DNA of 53,002 bases, filler included, from Bipalium vagum (Eukaryota): assembly GCA_037834085.1 (NCBI GenBank). It is 3 parts of 3 records of this genome, joined end to end, with 100 filler letters (N's around TTAATTAATTAA, not from the genome) between each part and the next. Parts side by side here need not be neighbours in the genome. Positions count along the whole stretch, not along the records: positions 36,377 to 53,002 come from JBBMKC010101873.1; 2 more parts are not named here. The stretch is one strand, 5' to 3'. Both the position numbers and the translations under genes were made by a program. The first letter of the stretch is position 1; each line of letters begins with the position of its first letter. This document shows positions 40,427 to 53,002 of the stretch, piece after piece. A model generated the notes under the pieces. That model ran no database searches. It was given only the letters and a program-made list of their open reading frames with translations, and was not told where the DNA came from.

Positions 40427-41839
40427 TCATTTCGCTTGCTCTTTATAAACTCTCAATTATCATTATTATTATTATTATCTTATCAAACTAATCTGTATAA
40501 TAAGTAAGAATGGAAATTATATTTAAAATTTATAACAAAATAAAAATTGTCTATTTCCGCTTGAATTTCTTTCCTCGTAATTAAAACTTTTATATTTAAT
40601 CTAATATTATTTTAAAAGAAATAAATATTATAATTAAAACAAAATGAGTTTTTGCTTCTGTTTATATGATTGCAACACTCACTATATTCAGTTAAGGTGG
40701 TTCGTATATTTGGTTGAACTTTGAGATCGCATTGCTCTTTCTCTCCAACATATTATATGTGATAAAAATAGGTATGATCCTAAAAATAAGTAGAAATTTA
40801 TTTTGAGATGACGTACCAAAGAAAAACCATCAAAAAGCTTAACATTAAAAAAAGAAAACATTTCAATTTTGAAGCTAAGAAAATGTTTAATAAACTTCTA
40901 AAAAGAATCTACAAAAATAATGAAAAAAAATCGGTCAGTTTTTTTATGTATATCTTTTATTTATTTTTCATTTTAGGATCTTGGTAAAATAATATTATTT
41001 CTCATAACTTTGTTTATAATTTTTATTCTTTATATAATTATATAATACTTTATATAATTTATTTAATTCTTTATATAATTAAATTGTATCAGTTGGTAAG
41101 TTCGTACTAAAATGATTTTAACGTAAGTAAAGGTTGTGTTGGGATTTTGCTTCAAGACATTCAAAACCAAAACACAAAGGGTTTATCTTTAAAATCAAAT
41201 AATAATGATTTGCTTTTTAATGGGAAAATAAAATTTAAACTAAATTATAAAATAAGTACTTATAAAAAATAATAAATGTATTATTACTGGCATTGCATTA
41301 TATTTAGTTATCATTATTATATATTATATATTATGATAATGATTATTATTATGTTAAGTCCCCTAAAAATGTGAGTGGAATAAATGAAAAGCTTTGGTTA
41401 AAAAAATCGATTTTGGGACTTTAGGTAACTTAACAAAAAGTTATTATCATGAAGAAATTACGGATGAACGCTCAAAGCACACTTATCAAACTTTATTATC
41501 ACAATTTACATTTGAATGGGTTTAGAGAATATTTTTAATTTTAAAAATATTTATTTGTAAATCCTTTACAATATATACCTTTCACGAATTGTCTTTAATT
41601 GAGACTGTCTAAGGATAGATATCTTTAGGTACAAACTTCTTTTAGTACGCTAAAGCTCTTGGTAATTTTTCAGCTCGCAACTATCTAAACTATAAAAATC
41701 AAAGAAGAAGAAGAAAAGGAAATAACAAAAAATTATTTGATTCTTGAATAAGTTCGAGCATTTATTTTTGAGAAGTTAATTACTTAAAAACAAGTGAGTC
41801 GATGAAGACTGTTTCTCAAAATTTTATTTAACTTAATAT

Positions 41840-42570
41840 AGATAAGTAAACTTCTGTGACGACCTTTTCCACTCTTTTTTCGTCTTTGCTCGGCTAAGAG
41901 AGTTTCCATATGCATTTCATAATCATCGTGTTTTTCCTCCGACTTTTCTTGCACTTTGGAAACGATATGAGTTTTTGATTCATTATTTAATTTTTGATGC
42001 TTACTGCAGTTTCTGGCTAAATGTCCATTTGTCCCACATAGGTGACACTAGGTTAGCTTTCAATATTAACTGGAGTACGTTTATTGGTTACTTCTTCTTG
42101 GGTACCTTGCGTTTTTCAGCATACTCGCTGCACATGTTCGTCTTTCCCATAATTATTACAATGAAGTAGTGTTAGAAAACAATTTTCTCTTTGTTTTATC
42201 TGCCACATTTTGACAAACATTAAGCCTTTGATTTTGATGATCCCTTGATATTTCACTTCGTGTCTGTATTTCATTAGAATTGTTACTATTAATATATGGC
42301 TTGGTTCTTACCAAACAATTTGTCGCAGTGTGACCGACTCTATTGTACTTACTGCAGATTTTCTTAGGATTTGTGTTTATCATGAAAACAGATTTACTTC
42401 CCAAGCTTGTTTGGATCAGCATAGCTTTTTCTTATATTATATCGTTGCTTTTAATTATTTTAATAATGCGACGAATATTTTTAATCATGACGGGCTCACT
42501 AAATTTAAATGTCTAGGTGATTTATCTAAACAGTTACAAGGGGCTTATCTTTGAACTCACCAATTCCAGC
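41840..42570 (-). mobile_element. Degenerate gag with zinc knuckles
   Basis: CSKYNRVGHTATNC and CGTNGHLARNC knuckles; a tggtgag PBS-like motif just upstream on the minus strand (about 42555-42561). Confidence 0.55.
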
Positions 42571-42899
42571 ACGAATAAACAAAGCGATTAACAAAAATAA
42601 GGTATAGTTGTTATCACAAAATGCAAGGTTAGATCTTTTATAAAAATTTATATTCACAAACATAAAAATTAAAATTATTATTGACATTATGATAGCCGAA
42701 GAAGTTCTGTGAACAAAAATGCGTATTTTAACGCCTAGAGCGAAGCAGAATCGAATGAGAGAGAGAACAATAAAAAAGAATGTAAGAAAATAATAAAGTT
42801 AGTGATCGAAAAATTTACTTCTGTCACTAAATAAACGTAATTAATTATTTTAATTTAACTCAATAGGTTAAACACTTGGAATTAATACCAATTCCTATC

Positions 42900-43380
42900 C
42901 TTTTATTACCGGCGTCTTAAAAGATTTTTTGAATAGATTACATATCGTATTCAATTGTTAAGGGCATTTTGATTGTGAAAACCAAGAGTTTATATACTCC
43001 TGTTTTCCATATTCTGGAGCTTCTCATTGGCCGTTCGGTTTTTTAGAAGATAGAAAAACAGAAAAAATTTTATTGATAAAAACAATTTCAATCAATGAAG
43101 TGTAGTCCATCTTTATCAATAACTTCCCTCCATCTTTCAACCAATTTTATTATTCCCCTTTCGCAGAATTCTTAAGGTTTATTTTCAAAAAACTAATCAA
43201 GATGCCTTTCGATGGACTCCTCATTGATGAAAGTTTAAGTTTTCCTCACTTTTTATAAAATTTTGTGTCCATAACTCCTATCAATCTTATCGAATCAAAA
43301 CACCCATTATGAACTGAATCAAAACTTCTTCAATAAAACTTTATTGACCAAAAACACAATCACAATATCAATCACCACGA
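42900..43380 (-). mobile_element. Mariner remnant
   Basis: C-terminal GIIKLVERWREVIDKDGL motif; boundaries approximate. Confidence 0.55.
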
Positions 43381-45065
43381 GAAGTCTCAAAATATGTCCA
43401 ATAAATAATAATGAAATGAGAGAAAAAGAGATTCACAAAGATAGAAGTTCATGAAAAATAACACCAGAAATAAGCACAAACAAAAATAATAAACTGTCTC
43501 ACCAAGAGCGACAAGGGATCCCCGGGTCGCCCTCTGTGTTCTTCTCAGGTCGCTGGATCCCCTCGTGAAATCCTTGTGCGAATTCATATCCACTGGAAAA
43601 TACCTTGATATCCTTCTGTCGGTTCGTAGTCTTTGCGAATTCGTAGTTTCCTGATAGATGATCTCTTGAATTATCGTTCTCTATTCTGACGTATTCGATT
43701 CTAATGTCCTACCGTTTTGGGCAAATTGACTGGAATAGTCATCTCTTTATGTAGTCGCAGACATTGTTCTACGATCACCAATCTCTACGATTTGAGACGG
43801 ATATTTCCATCAATATCCTCTAAATGCTATTTTGTCTCCACACAAAGACCAAAGAATTTAGTAACTCCAACAACGGAGTACTATTCCTATTCTTAACCTC
43901 ATTTAACTTTAAATAATCAAGATTCTAGTAACACGAGTCAATCTTTACTAAATAAAATTAATAAAAATTATAATATTAAGAATAACAAAGATAGAAATAA
44001 AAATAAGAGTAAAAGTAATAATAGAAATAGGAATAACAAGAATAAGAATATACGCAATGATGCTTAAGATAAACGTAAATGAAGTGGAAATATCAAATAT
44101 TCCGATGAAGATGGTCAAGAACTGTTTTGTTAAATAAATTGTTGCTTTTTAATGGATCCATTTATTTATTATATTAATATAATAATAAATTACCTGATAG
44201 GAATAACACTGTTTTCTCTTAAAACATAATTTCAACACCCATCACTATGTGGTTCATTAATTTAATATTCTTTTCTTTATTATCCACATGAAAATTTTAA
44301 ATCGGTCAAAAGAGACTTGATAGTCATTTCGGTCAAAAACATGATCCGAAAGTTCTCTATTTCATAGCATTTTGATAATAATCATTCATGTGGGTTGTAT
44401 TTTTAATTAATATTTACAACCCACAATTTATATATCTTATTTTATTATACTATAAAATAATTATTTATTTATAAAATAACTATTAATTATTTAAATATTT
44501 TTTCATACATAAAATAAAATATCAAATCCTTTTTGAATTATAAAAATAAGAGGTTAGCCTTATAGCCTTTTCATGCACATTGTAAAATTAAATGTAAAAT
44601 TTAATTTAATCAAATATAAGATGTATTTTAAATGTCGACTATCAATTTCGGAGAGCTGTCCTCACTCTCCATCGGCTCCTGAGGTTCCACTGTTGTTTGT
44701 TTGAAGTCATAAGAAGTTTCTGAAAGCCTTTTCTTTCATATTTGTGTGGGTTTAGTATGGTTTTTTTTACCAGTTTTACTGTAGATCCCATCATATGTAT
44801 ATATATGAAACATAATGTCATTCAAATGTCCACCAGAATTTTGTCTGATGGCATCAACTCGAGAATCAAAATTTTTAATTATATTTCAATATATAAGTCA
44901 ACAATGTTCACAAATCATTTCATAAAAACTACCTTTGTAAATAATAAAAAATATTTTTTCTTGTTTTCCTAAAAATAAATATCTTAACGAAATCATTCAA
45001 TCAATAAAAATATTTCTCAATTAAGACAAAAGTGAACAAAAATAACTGTTTTATTAACAAAATTT

Positions 45066-48000
45066 TTACACAACATTCAACAGAAAATCTAGATTTGGAA
45101 CATTTGTCAATTTGTTCTCCAGTAAAAATTCCAGGGCCGCTTGAGCGCGACGTTTTTCTTCGCTGTTTCCGATGGCGTCGTTGTAGTGGCAAATCATTTG
45201 CCAACAATTGGCCAAGCCGACAAAATCGTCTGATTTCTGACAGAATTCGACCAATTCCTGGAAATGTCGTTCTACGTTTCGATCGCGTCTCAGACGCGGC
45301 TGTCTGACAAAAAGCTTCAGTAAGAGACTGAGGAATACCATGTGATCGCGAGTCGCCAATTCCAATTGGCTGGACAAGATCGTTTGGGCTCGATGCGCGT
45401 TGAAACTGGCAACAAGAGGGCAGTCTGCTGTTAAGGTACCGCCACTGCCGTTTTGGAGCTCTGCTTCTTGAGCAGTGATCGCCAACCGGAAGACCTGACA
45501 CAGTCTTTGGAAATGGTAGAAATAAAACTTGCTCGACAGGCCTTCAAGCACTGCCAAATGAGTTTTTGCTGATTCCAGTTCTTTTCGATTTATCAGCTGC
45601 TTGCACTTTAAATAACGAAGCAATAAAAATCAAAATAATGGTAATAATCAATAATAATAATATGCAAGAATTCAAAAATGTTAAATAACTAATAACAATA
45701 AACCCTACCATCAGCCAGTGACAACGACACTCAAAAATGGCCCAATCTCGGCTTCCCCAGTTCTGAGTGCTTGTGTCGTCCAAAGTTGGCAGATCATTGA
45801 GCAATACTGTGTCGCCCAAATTGTCCATGATCGAATCGCAATTGGCAGAACGGCCATCAGGTATTGTCTGCAATGACGTCGACAGTGCCGCACAACCGTT
45901 GCTGATCCTTACGATATTGTATTCGAGCATTTCTCTTTTCTTTGTGGCAAATGAAACGATATGGTTGCAGAGCAGAACGGCTGCTGTGATATTGTCGTTC
46001 ATGAACAGTATTTGCACTTTTCTGCAACATAAGATAGAAGTTTAGTTCAATCAATAACTTAATTCGCTGACCTCAATCCATATTCGGCTAAGGAAATCTG
46101 ATGAATCCTACGCAAATAATGATTAGCCTTTGAATAGTCCAAGCGCAACAAATAATGAGTGAAGCTCGATTGAAGCATACTTGACCGTAACTGATTATTT
46201 GAACACAGGATTCCATTGCCGAATTTTTGCAATTGGTTGAATATTTCGCACCCTTTTTGAAACTGACCCTTTAATTATAATCAATTATAATAATTATTAA
46301 AAATAAATAATAACAAATGATCACTACCACAAATTAAAATTTCAAAAATATTAATTAATAAAAGATTTATCACCTCATTTTTATTATACCAATGCAAAAT
46401 GTACTCATTACATTTTGTGTTCACAACTCAAATTTGAAAAATGTTCGAAATATTAAGTATTACTTTTTTGGTACGTGATTTACCATAGTTTTTACACCAT
46501 TCATTATGATAAAGTGCGATTTCTATCGACGACTGTTATTATTAACTCTATTTATAAAATCTAAAAACATGATACTGGCAAACAATTAGTAGTATTAAAA
46601 AATATTTTCATTAAATGTTCATTAATTATAAATACCATTAAATCATTACCGACGATGTACAGACATTGATAATCTGTGAGAACACTTCGACCATCACTTC
46701 TTGGTGATTTTTTGTCCTGCGCATCGATTCCAAACTGGCGGCCATAACCAAATAAGTATTAGAGATACTCCTAATCGGAAAATATTCCCGTAAGTCGATA
46801 CCGAAGATTAACCAATAAAAGCACCTACTCAAATCCAAACGATCGGAACATTATTGACAGATATATCAAACAAATCGGTGTCATTTCCCTCATTTGTGGA
46901 GCAGAAGAGATGAAATATTGATTCAGCAAGCTACGATTTTAAAAAGTATTAATCAACGAGTTTTGTTCCAATTAACTATAAAAAACTCACTCGGCCAAAC
47001 AAACGTTGTTGTTGTGCATATTCTGGAGTAGAAAATCTCGAATATTTCCCAAAGCAGTGTTCTGGAATCGATAAAACAATTATTTTTGATGATTTTTCGT
47101 TCCAATCATTACAATCAACTTACACAATTCACATTGGAGTCGTTCTGGAAATGCAAAATACTGTTCGGATTGTCATTGATTGGCATCAGTGAGTTGCCGA
47201 CGCTCTAAATTTGAGTTGAGAATTAAAACTTTGTTGAATAAAATGAAATTGATTTCAAATAATCAATAAGAGAATAAAATTTAGAAAGTTAATAAATTTT
47301 TTAATAAAAAATCGATTAATACGAAAGTAAAGTTATCTGAATTGTTGCACTTGTCTCCAAAAAGGATAAGAATAAAATAAATCTTACTCCAACTTCCGCT
47401 ACCAAGTCTGGTTTTCTTGATAACTTGGCATTACAGATAGCGTCTTTGTGGTGTAGAAGAGCTTCGTTGCTTGAAAATAAATCGATTAATAATTTGATCA
47501 TAAAAAAAGTAGATAAATTTGACAGCCAAAATCGGATAAATTTCTGATTTTGCTTCATCTCATCAGTGGCCAATTCAAAATGACACCACGTTTAAAATGA
47601 CAATAACGAAAAAAAATGAAAATCAAAACACTAAGCTATTACTTAAATCCCATTGTTGAAAAGTAAATGGCACTGTTGAGACTGATCTCACTTAATCTCT
47701 GTCTTAATTGACATGTTTTGATCAGCATCGATTTCTTGCTCGATTCCTTATTGGTCTCCGTGGCGGTCGTCAAATCTTTGCCGTTCAAAATGTCATCGCT
47801 GCCGAGAAACTTTGCCGAATATCCCATTAGCATGTCTTTTTCGACGGCTTCCAAATCTTTGTTGTGCAATTTCAACAGAGTGTCAAGGAAAAACGATTCG
47901 GAAATGTCCGGGTACATTTGTTTATATTTGTCCAATTCATGTTGAACTTGACTGACGATTTCGGCATTATTTTGTGGGTCCAATAGAACGTTTTCCAAAT

Positions 48001-48783
48001 TTCGATGGATATTGGACAATTCAAAGCGAACTTGATCTTCACTCAAGCGTTCCTCTTTCAATTGAATACTTCGCTGGTACATTTGTTCACCAAACTCGTC
48101 AAATCTGAAGAATTTTTGTGAATCAATTTCGATAAGTATTCAGAATACTTTTCAACACGACGCGGTAAAATTTCATTGCACTCCAGTAATTGACGAAAAC
48201 TTTCGACAAAAATTAGCACCTTTTCCATTTGCATTGATTGGAAAGAAAGAGAAAACTTTTTCAAAAACATTCCAATTAAACTATATTTGCAAATTTTTCC
48301 TTTATATTCGTTTCCGATAACATCGACACGTTCGTGGAAAGAACTTAGTACTGTATTTATTAATTCAACAACATCACAATAAGATATTAAGTCATTTAGA
48401 TTATTTATGATGGTCTCAATTCTGAAATACTAAATATCAGATTTATAAATCACAGAGAAATGAAAACTTTTTTATAACAAGGGAGTTTAATTTTCGTTTA
48501 AAGTTGTTGTCATTTTCTTTAATTGCTTTAAATAAATTGATTGACGGGTCCTAATTTCACATATACGTAATCCAAATTAACTTTAAAACAAATTAAATTA
48601 TACCTTACTAGCTTTAAATAAAAATTTATAAAAATTTAACTTGGTCTCTTCGTCTATTAATTCATTAATACCTTTAGAATTTGACGAAAAGTCAATATAT
48701 TCTCTACATATAATAAAATATAAAAAGTTTCTTGCAGTTATAAAATCTGGAAGAATATTTGGGAAATCGACTTTGAAACTCAT
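45066..48783 (-). CDS. ANAPC5: Anaphase-promoting complex subunit 5 (APC5), 12 exons, about 834 aa
   Basis: Exons in transcript order: 48783-48604, 48550-48468, 48421-48149, 48104-47643, 47469-47388, 47204-47124, 47061-46991, 46930-46829, 46770-46650, 46268-46072, 46021-45709, 45605-45066; all GT-AG and phase-consistent (2505 nt). Motifs versus human: SLIGMFLKKFSLSF ~ SVVGLFLRHMILAY; QHELDKYKQMYPDISESFFL ~ QKELNNLLKFNPDFAEAHYL; ISLNSAIYFSTMGF ~ AALNLAALHCRFGH; AIGNSEEKRRA ~ TLGKTQERNRC. Confidence 0.82.
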
Positions 48784-51382
48784 ATATATATTTGGATAAA
48801 ATTTGAAATTAACAGATGCATATCAATTATTAAAACAAACTAAATATATTGTTCAAACCACTTTATTAGTCTGAATTACAATTTCCTCCAAATAGATTTT
48901 AAAATTAAAACATTACAAATAACACTTAATGAAAAGTGAATCATGACCTAAACTGATAAAAATAAAAAATGAAAATGAAAAATAGTAAAATTAATTTAAT
49001 TAACTTTAAAATACAATGCCGTCTATATGTTTGGAGGCACCATGTAAAATTGCAAATAAATGTAGGTTGCGAATTATATTATTTTATGATTTGAAGTATT
49101 TTAATTTAAATATGTTAATTCACATAATATTTTAATAAGATAAACTTTTTAGTCTACAAATAACAAATAAAATGACTGATGAAATATGTCATAAACGTTT
49201 GCAAATAAAGTGTCATAAAAATCGTGGAAAAATTCTCAAAAAAAATATTATGATTATCATAGAAATGGAAAACAAGAATGCAAAAACGTAAGTGGTGATA
49301 AAATAAATAAACTAGACAGGTAGAAACTGAAAATTTTTAAAATCGTAATTTTTTGGATAACGTAGTGATATTGTTTATTCACTTTACCACTACTTATAAC
49401 CTTATCACATTTCTCTCTAATTGTGTTTTGTTATAATTCAAATATTTTGATAAAGAAAATTATGCATATATACACAGTGAGAAAACTAACATAGAATTTT
49501 CAATTTTTCCAGCTTAAGAATAATGAAGATAAAGAAATGAAAATTACATCGTATCTTAGAGAAAATAAAAAATAATTAATTTTGATACATTTAATATAAA
49601 GGTTTATTATTAATATTTATCATTATCTAAATTTCTTCATCCAGCTTTATCAACATTTTCAATTATCATCTTTATTTTCGTTATAATGCATTTTATAACG
49701 ATTGATTTTAGTCTTCCGTGGAAGATGTTTTATATTACATTTTATATATTATTAATATTGATTTGACTTTAAAGGAGCAGTGTTCCCTGTCCGTTAATGC
49801 ATATTTATTCTTATAACTTGTTTGACAATTTTAAAAAAATTAAACTTGCTTTTATTTTTTTTAATTTTTGTAGTAAAGAAAACCAGTCTTTGAGGATAAC
49901 AAACATTTCATAATAAGCGGGAGCGAATGAAAAATAAAGAATAAATCTGACATGGATTTTGATTTTTAGGAAACGAAGCGAAGAAAAAGTGAAAAGATCT
50001 CGGTTTTTTGTCCTCAAAGACTGATTTTTCTATCTATTGATTTAGATACCAAGCCATTGACAATATTAAATTAGTGAGCTTGATGTGATTCGAATAATCA
50101 GTTGGTAATTGTGAAATTTGGTTTTTTTATTATGATTATTGGTTTCTTGTAAAAGATGCTGTGAGTTTTTCTTGTAAGCCCGGTGTGGCATTGGATTCTT
50201 AGATTTAGAACTTTTGTGAAACTCAGTGAGGTGTAAAAGTTGTTTGGGATATTGATAGGGCCTCAGGTAAGAATCAGTAAGTGTTCAGTAAACTAGTCTG
50301 GCTAGTAGGATAAAATAAGTTCTCGACAATCGAGGATAATAGCTAGAATTTAAACGAAGATTATTAAAGAGAATGGACGCAGAAGAATCAGTCGGAAATC
50401 AAGAAGTAGCATTAGAAAATATTGACGAAGGGATTAAAAAATGTACATTTAGTGGAGAATCAACTGAATTTGCAAATTTGATTTTAAGATTGTAAGAATA
50501 GCGTTAGAGTTGATGGATTACAAAGATTTTGAAGTTATTGCAAAAAGCCCATAAAGCAGAAATGAATATTAAGGAAAACTCAATATTATAATTTTATTAT
50601 TATTATATCACTTCAGACCCTTTGGTGGTCTTTATAATTTGAAGGGATGTGCCTTTGGGCAATCCAACAAAGGGAAGAATTCAGATTAAAAGCAAAGTTC
50701 CTGAATACAGAACTAGAGAAAAACTCAGAAAGTATTTAGAACCCCTCAATTAAGAAAGTGTAATCAACATAGTACGTAAACTCGACAGCGGTTTAATATA
50801 AAAAAAGAAATTGTGACAAACCATTTATTATATCACCTTATCACTCTCTTACAGTTCCAGAACTATGTAAACACTCCACGAGTAAAACTTATTCATTTTA
50901 GGCCTTCCATTCCACCATCACTCTCCCAAGACTATACAAATTACACAAATGCTTACACAAAGGTTTATTAAAAAAAACATATTCTCTTTAATAATTTGTA
51001 CACAAAATTTTCACTAATGAAAACAATTACATATTATCATGTTCCAAAAATTATAAAAGCTGCTGTCATATTTATTAAATTAAAAGTTGTTTTATTAAAA
51101 TTTTTTAAATCAGATAATTTGATTCTTGAAATGCAGATTTTTATACTGTAAACTTTTTCTTTTTGACTCCCACATTATTATCGATTTTCTACTTTTTGTG
51201 TTGATATTCTTAGATAAGTTTGAGTGGGTACAGAACGTTTTTCGGGTTCTCAGATCCGTATCTATCGTTAACAGGATAATTCCAGAAACTTAATCGCTTA
51301 CCCTAGTGTTACTTTATATAACTATTTGGATTTTTATATTCTGTGCTATCTGGTCTCGCTTTGGTTCAGAACCTTATTGATA

Positions 51383-51430
51383 TTTGCTGGGCACATTTAT
51401 TTTTCGTTGTAATAACACTTTTTTTATGGT
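51383..51430. repeat. Copy 1 of a 46-48 bp direct repeat flanking PPIL3
   Basis: tttgctgggcacatttatttttcgttgtaataacactttttttatggt; near-identical copy at 52733-52778. Confidence 0.9.
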
Positions 51431-51571
51431 GCAATTTATTACCCATTATTGTTAAATCTAATAACACTAGAAATTGTATATGATTCTAGAAAACAAAAAA
51501 GCTGGCGTTATTCTTTGATTTACAAAATTATATTTTCATCAACCCTCTTTCACTTGATCAAGTAGAACTTT

Positions 51572-52557
51572 TCAATCAACAGTTCCATCTGCAAAGGGAT
51601 TGGCATGGATTGTTGTCGATCTGATCTTGATATCTTTCAGAGGTTTGAAAACCTTTTCTGTGACGGGTAACTTTTCCATTTCATCAAGCACTTCAAAACC
51701 ATCAATAACTCTGAAATGATTTATGATTAACAAAGGTATAATTGAAATAATAAATTGTCACTTTGCAAACACGGTATACTTCAAATCGAGCATCGACTGT
51801 TTTGAGTAAGTGATAAAAAACTGCGACTCATTGAGGTTTGATCCCGAATTAGCCATAGAAACCAAGCCCCGGGTACTATGCTAAAGAAAGAATTTTCAAC
51901 CGAAAATAAAAAACTGGGAAGGATATCAATGTTGTTTTTATTTTCGAAAAACTAATTGAAATCAATAAACAGAGGATTTTCTAATTAAATGTTTCCAGTA
52001 ATTATTCCCAATTCAATTGAAATGAAAAAATAGATATTTTTGTGCAACTTAAGAAACACCAAAAAGACTTGATATTTAATATCCATTTGATTAAAACACA
52101 CTCGACAATAATTAGTAAGTTCATAAATTATAATTTTAAGAGGAATCTTAAGAAATAAATTTATATCGAAAAAATTACGAAAACAATAAACGGTATAGTT
52201 ATGTTAATTACGTACTCTTAAATTTTCGTGAAATTCATCTTTGAAAGGCTTATTCCAAATACTCTGACCACCTTTCCCAGTTCCAGTGGGATCTCCAGTT
52301 TGAATAATAAATCCTTTAATATTTCGATGGAATATGCAATTATCATAGTAATTTGTGGCACATAGACCCAGGAAATTCTAGAAAACGTTTATAAAAGAAA
52401 AGTAATACTTTTAAAAAGTTCAACCTCACAGGCCAAAGGAGTTTCAGAACAAAATAATTCCAATTTAATGTCTCCAAGATCAGTATGAAGTGTCACTGCC
52501 TAAAATCAATGTAGGAAAGATAAAAATAATTTTATAAAGATAATATTAAAAGACCAT
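51572..52557 (-). CDS. PPIL3: Peptidyl-prolyl cis-trans isomerase-like 3 (cyclophilin), 5 coding exons, 165 aa
   Basis: Exons 52557-52555 (ATG only), 52499-52425, 52377-52216, 51880-51762, 51710-51572. Translation [18 protein letters not shown]...[26 protein letters not shown]...SQFFITY...[13 protein letters not shown] has the diagnostic PPIL3 N- and C-termini. Confidence 0.95.
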
Positions 52558-52732
52558 GTTAATCAAATAAAAAAGTCAATATTAAAACAATTTGAAATTA
52601 AAACTTGGAAATATTACAGTTAGAAAATATTAGATGTTGTGAACCAGTATATTAATTTAAAATTATTTTTAATATTGAAATTACATATATTTTTATTAAA
52701 TAATTAAATATAGAAAATGAATTATATCTAAT

Positions 52733-52778
52733 TTTGCTGGGCACATTTTTTTTCGTTGTAATAACGCTTTTTTATGGT
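52733..52778. repeat. Copy 2 of a 46-48 bp direct repeat flanking PPIL3
   Basis: Matches 51383-51430 apart from a few substitutions and T-run length. Confidence 0.9.
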
Positions 52779-53002
52779 TAATAATAATCGATATCGGAAA
52801 CATTTGAATTTAATTTTAAATTTGATATTTGATTTACATGTAATTGATTTTGTGCATGAAAAGGCTTTGTAAAGCCTACTTACTTATTTTAATTGATTCT
52901 CAAAAATGAGTGTGAATGTATATTTTATATTGGAAAAAATATTATTTAAATAATTAAAATTATCATTTTATAAATAATAATCCTATAAAGTATAATAAAA
53001 AT

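Noticed and set aside
45001-45501. 166-aa alternative-frame ORF and antisense ORFs over ANAPC5 exons
   Set aside because: Shadow ORFs are expected in GC-richer coding sequence; no recognisable motifs.
48058-48270. Apparent frameshift between two ANAPC5 ORFs
   Set aside because: Explained by a 44-nt GT-AG intron (48105-48148).
1-53002. CRISPR arrays, tRNA genes, prokaryotic operons
   Set aside because: No repeat-spacer array or cloverleaf seen; genes have spliceosomal introns, so the DNA is eukaryotic.

Overview
Very AT-rich eukaryotic (animal-like) genomic DNA. Three contigs are joined by artificial 100-nt spacers (N44-TTAATTAATTAA-N44 at 16017-16116 and 36277-36376). Manual splicing (GT-AG, reading phase checked at every junction) recovers five protein-coding genes. 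(1) A 3'-incomplete OXR1/NCOA7/mustard-like TLDc-family gene (+, about 2695-13650), with a candidate alternative first exon for a short TLDc-only isoform. (2) A complete 8-exon C9orf72 orthologue (+, 16449-29012, about 518 aa). (3) A 2-exon multi-zinc-finger gene (+, about 38009-40426). (4) A 12-exon ANAPC5/APC5 gene (-, 45066-48783, about 834 aa). (5) A 5-exon PPIL3 cyclophilin (-, 51572-52557, 165 aa). Introns and intergenic DNA contain decayed Tc1/mariner elements of many families (ITmD37E, maT-like, rosa-like, several mariner subfamilies, Tc1, pogo-like MITEs), LTR-retrotransposon remnants, microsatellites and an eroded 28S rRNA fragment. The overall style resembles a freshwater planarian-type genome, but that is inference only. 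All homology calls come from remembered family motifs, not from database searches. I found no convincing wholly new biological system. The best leads are the TLDc short-isoform exon, the direct-repeat-bracketed PPIL3 gene, the C9orf72 gene structure and the intronic rRNA fragment.
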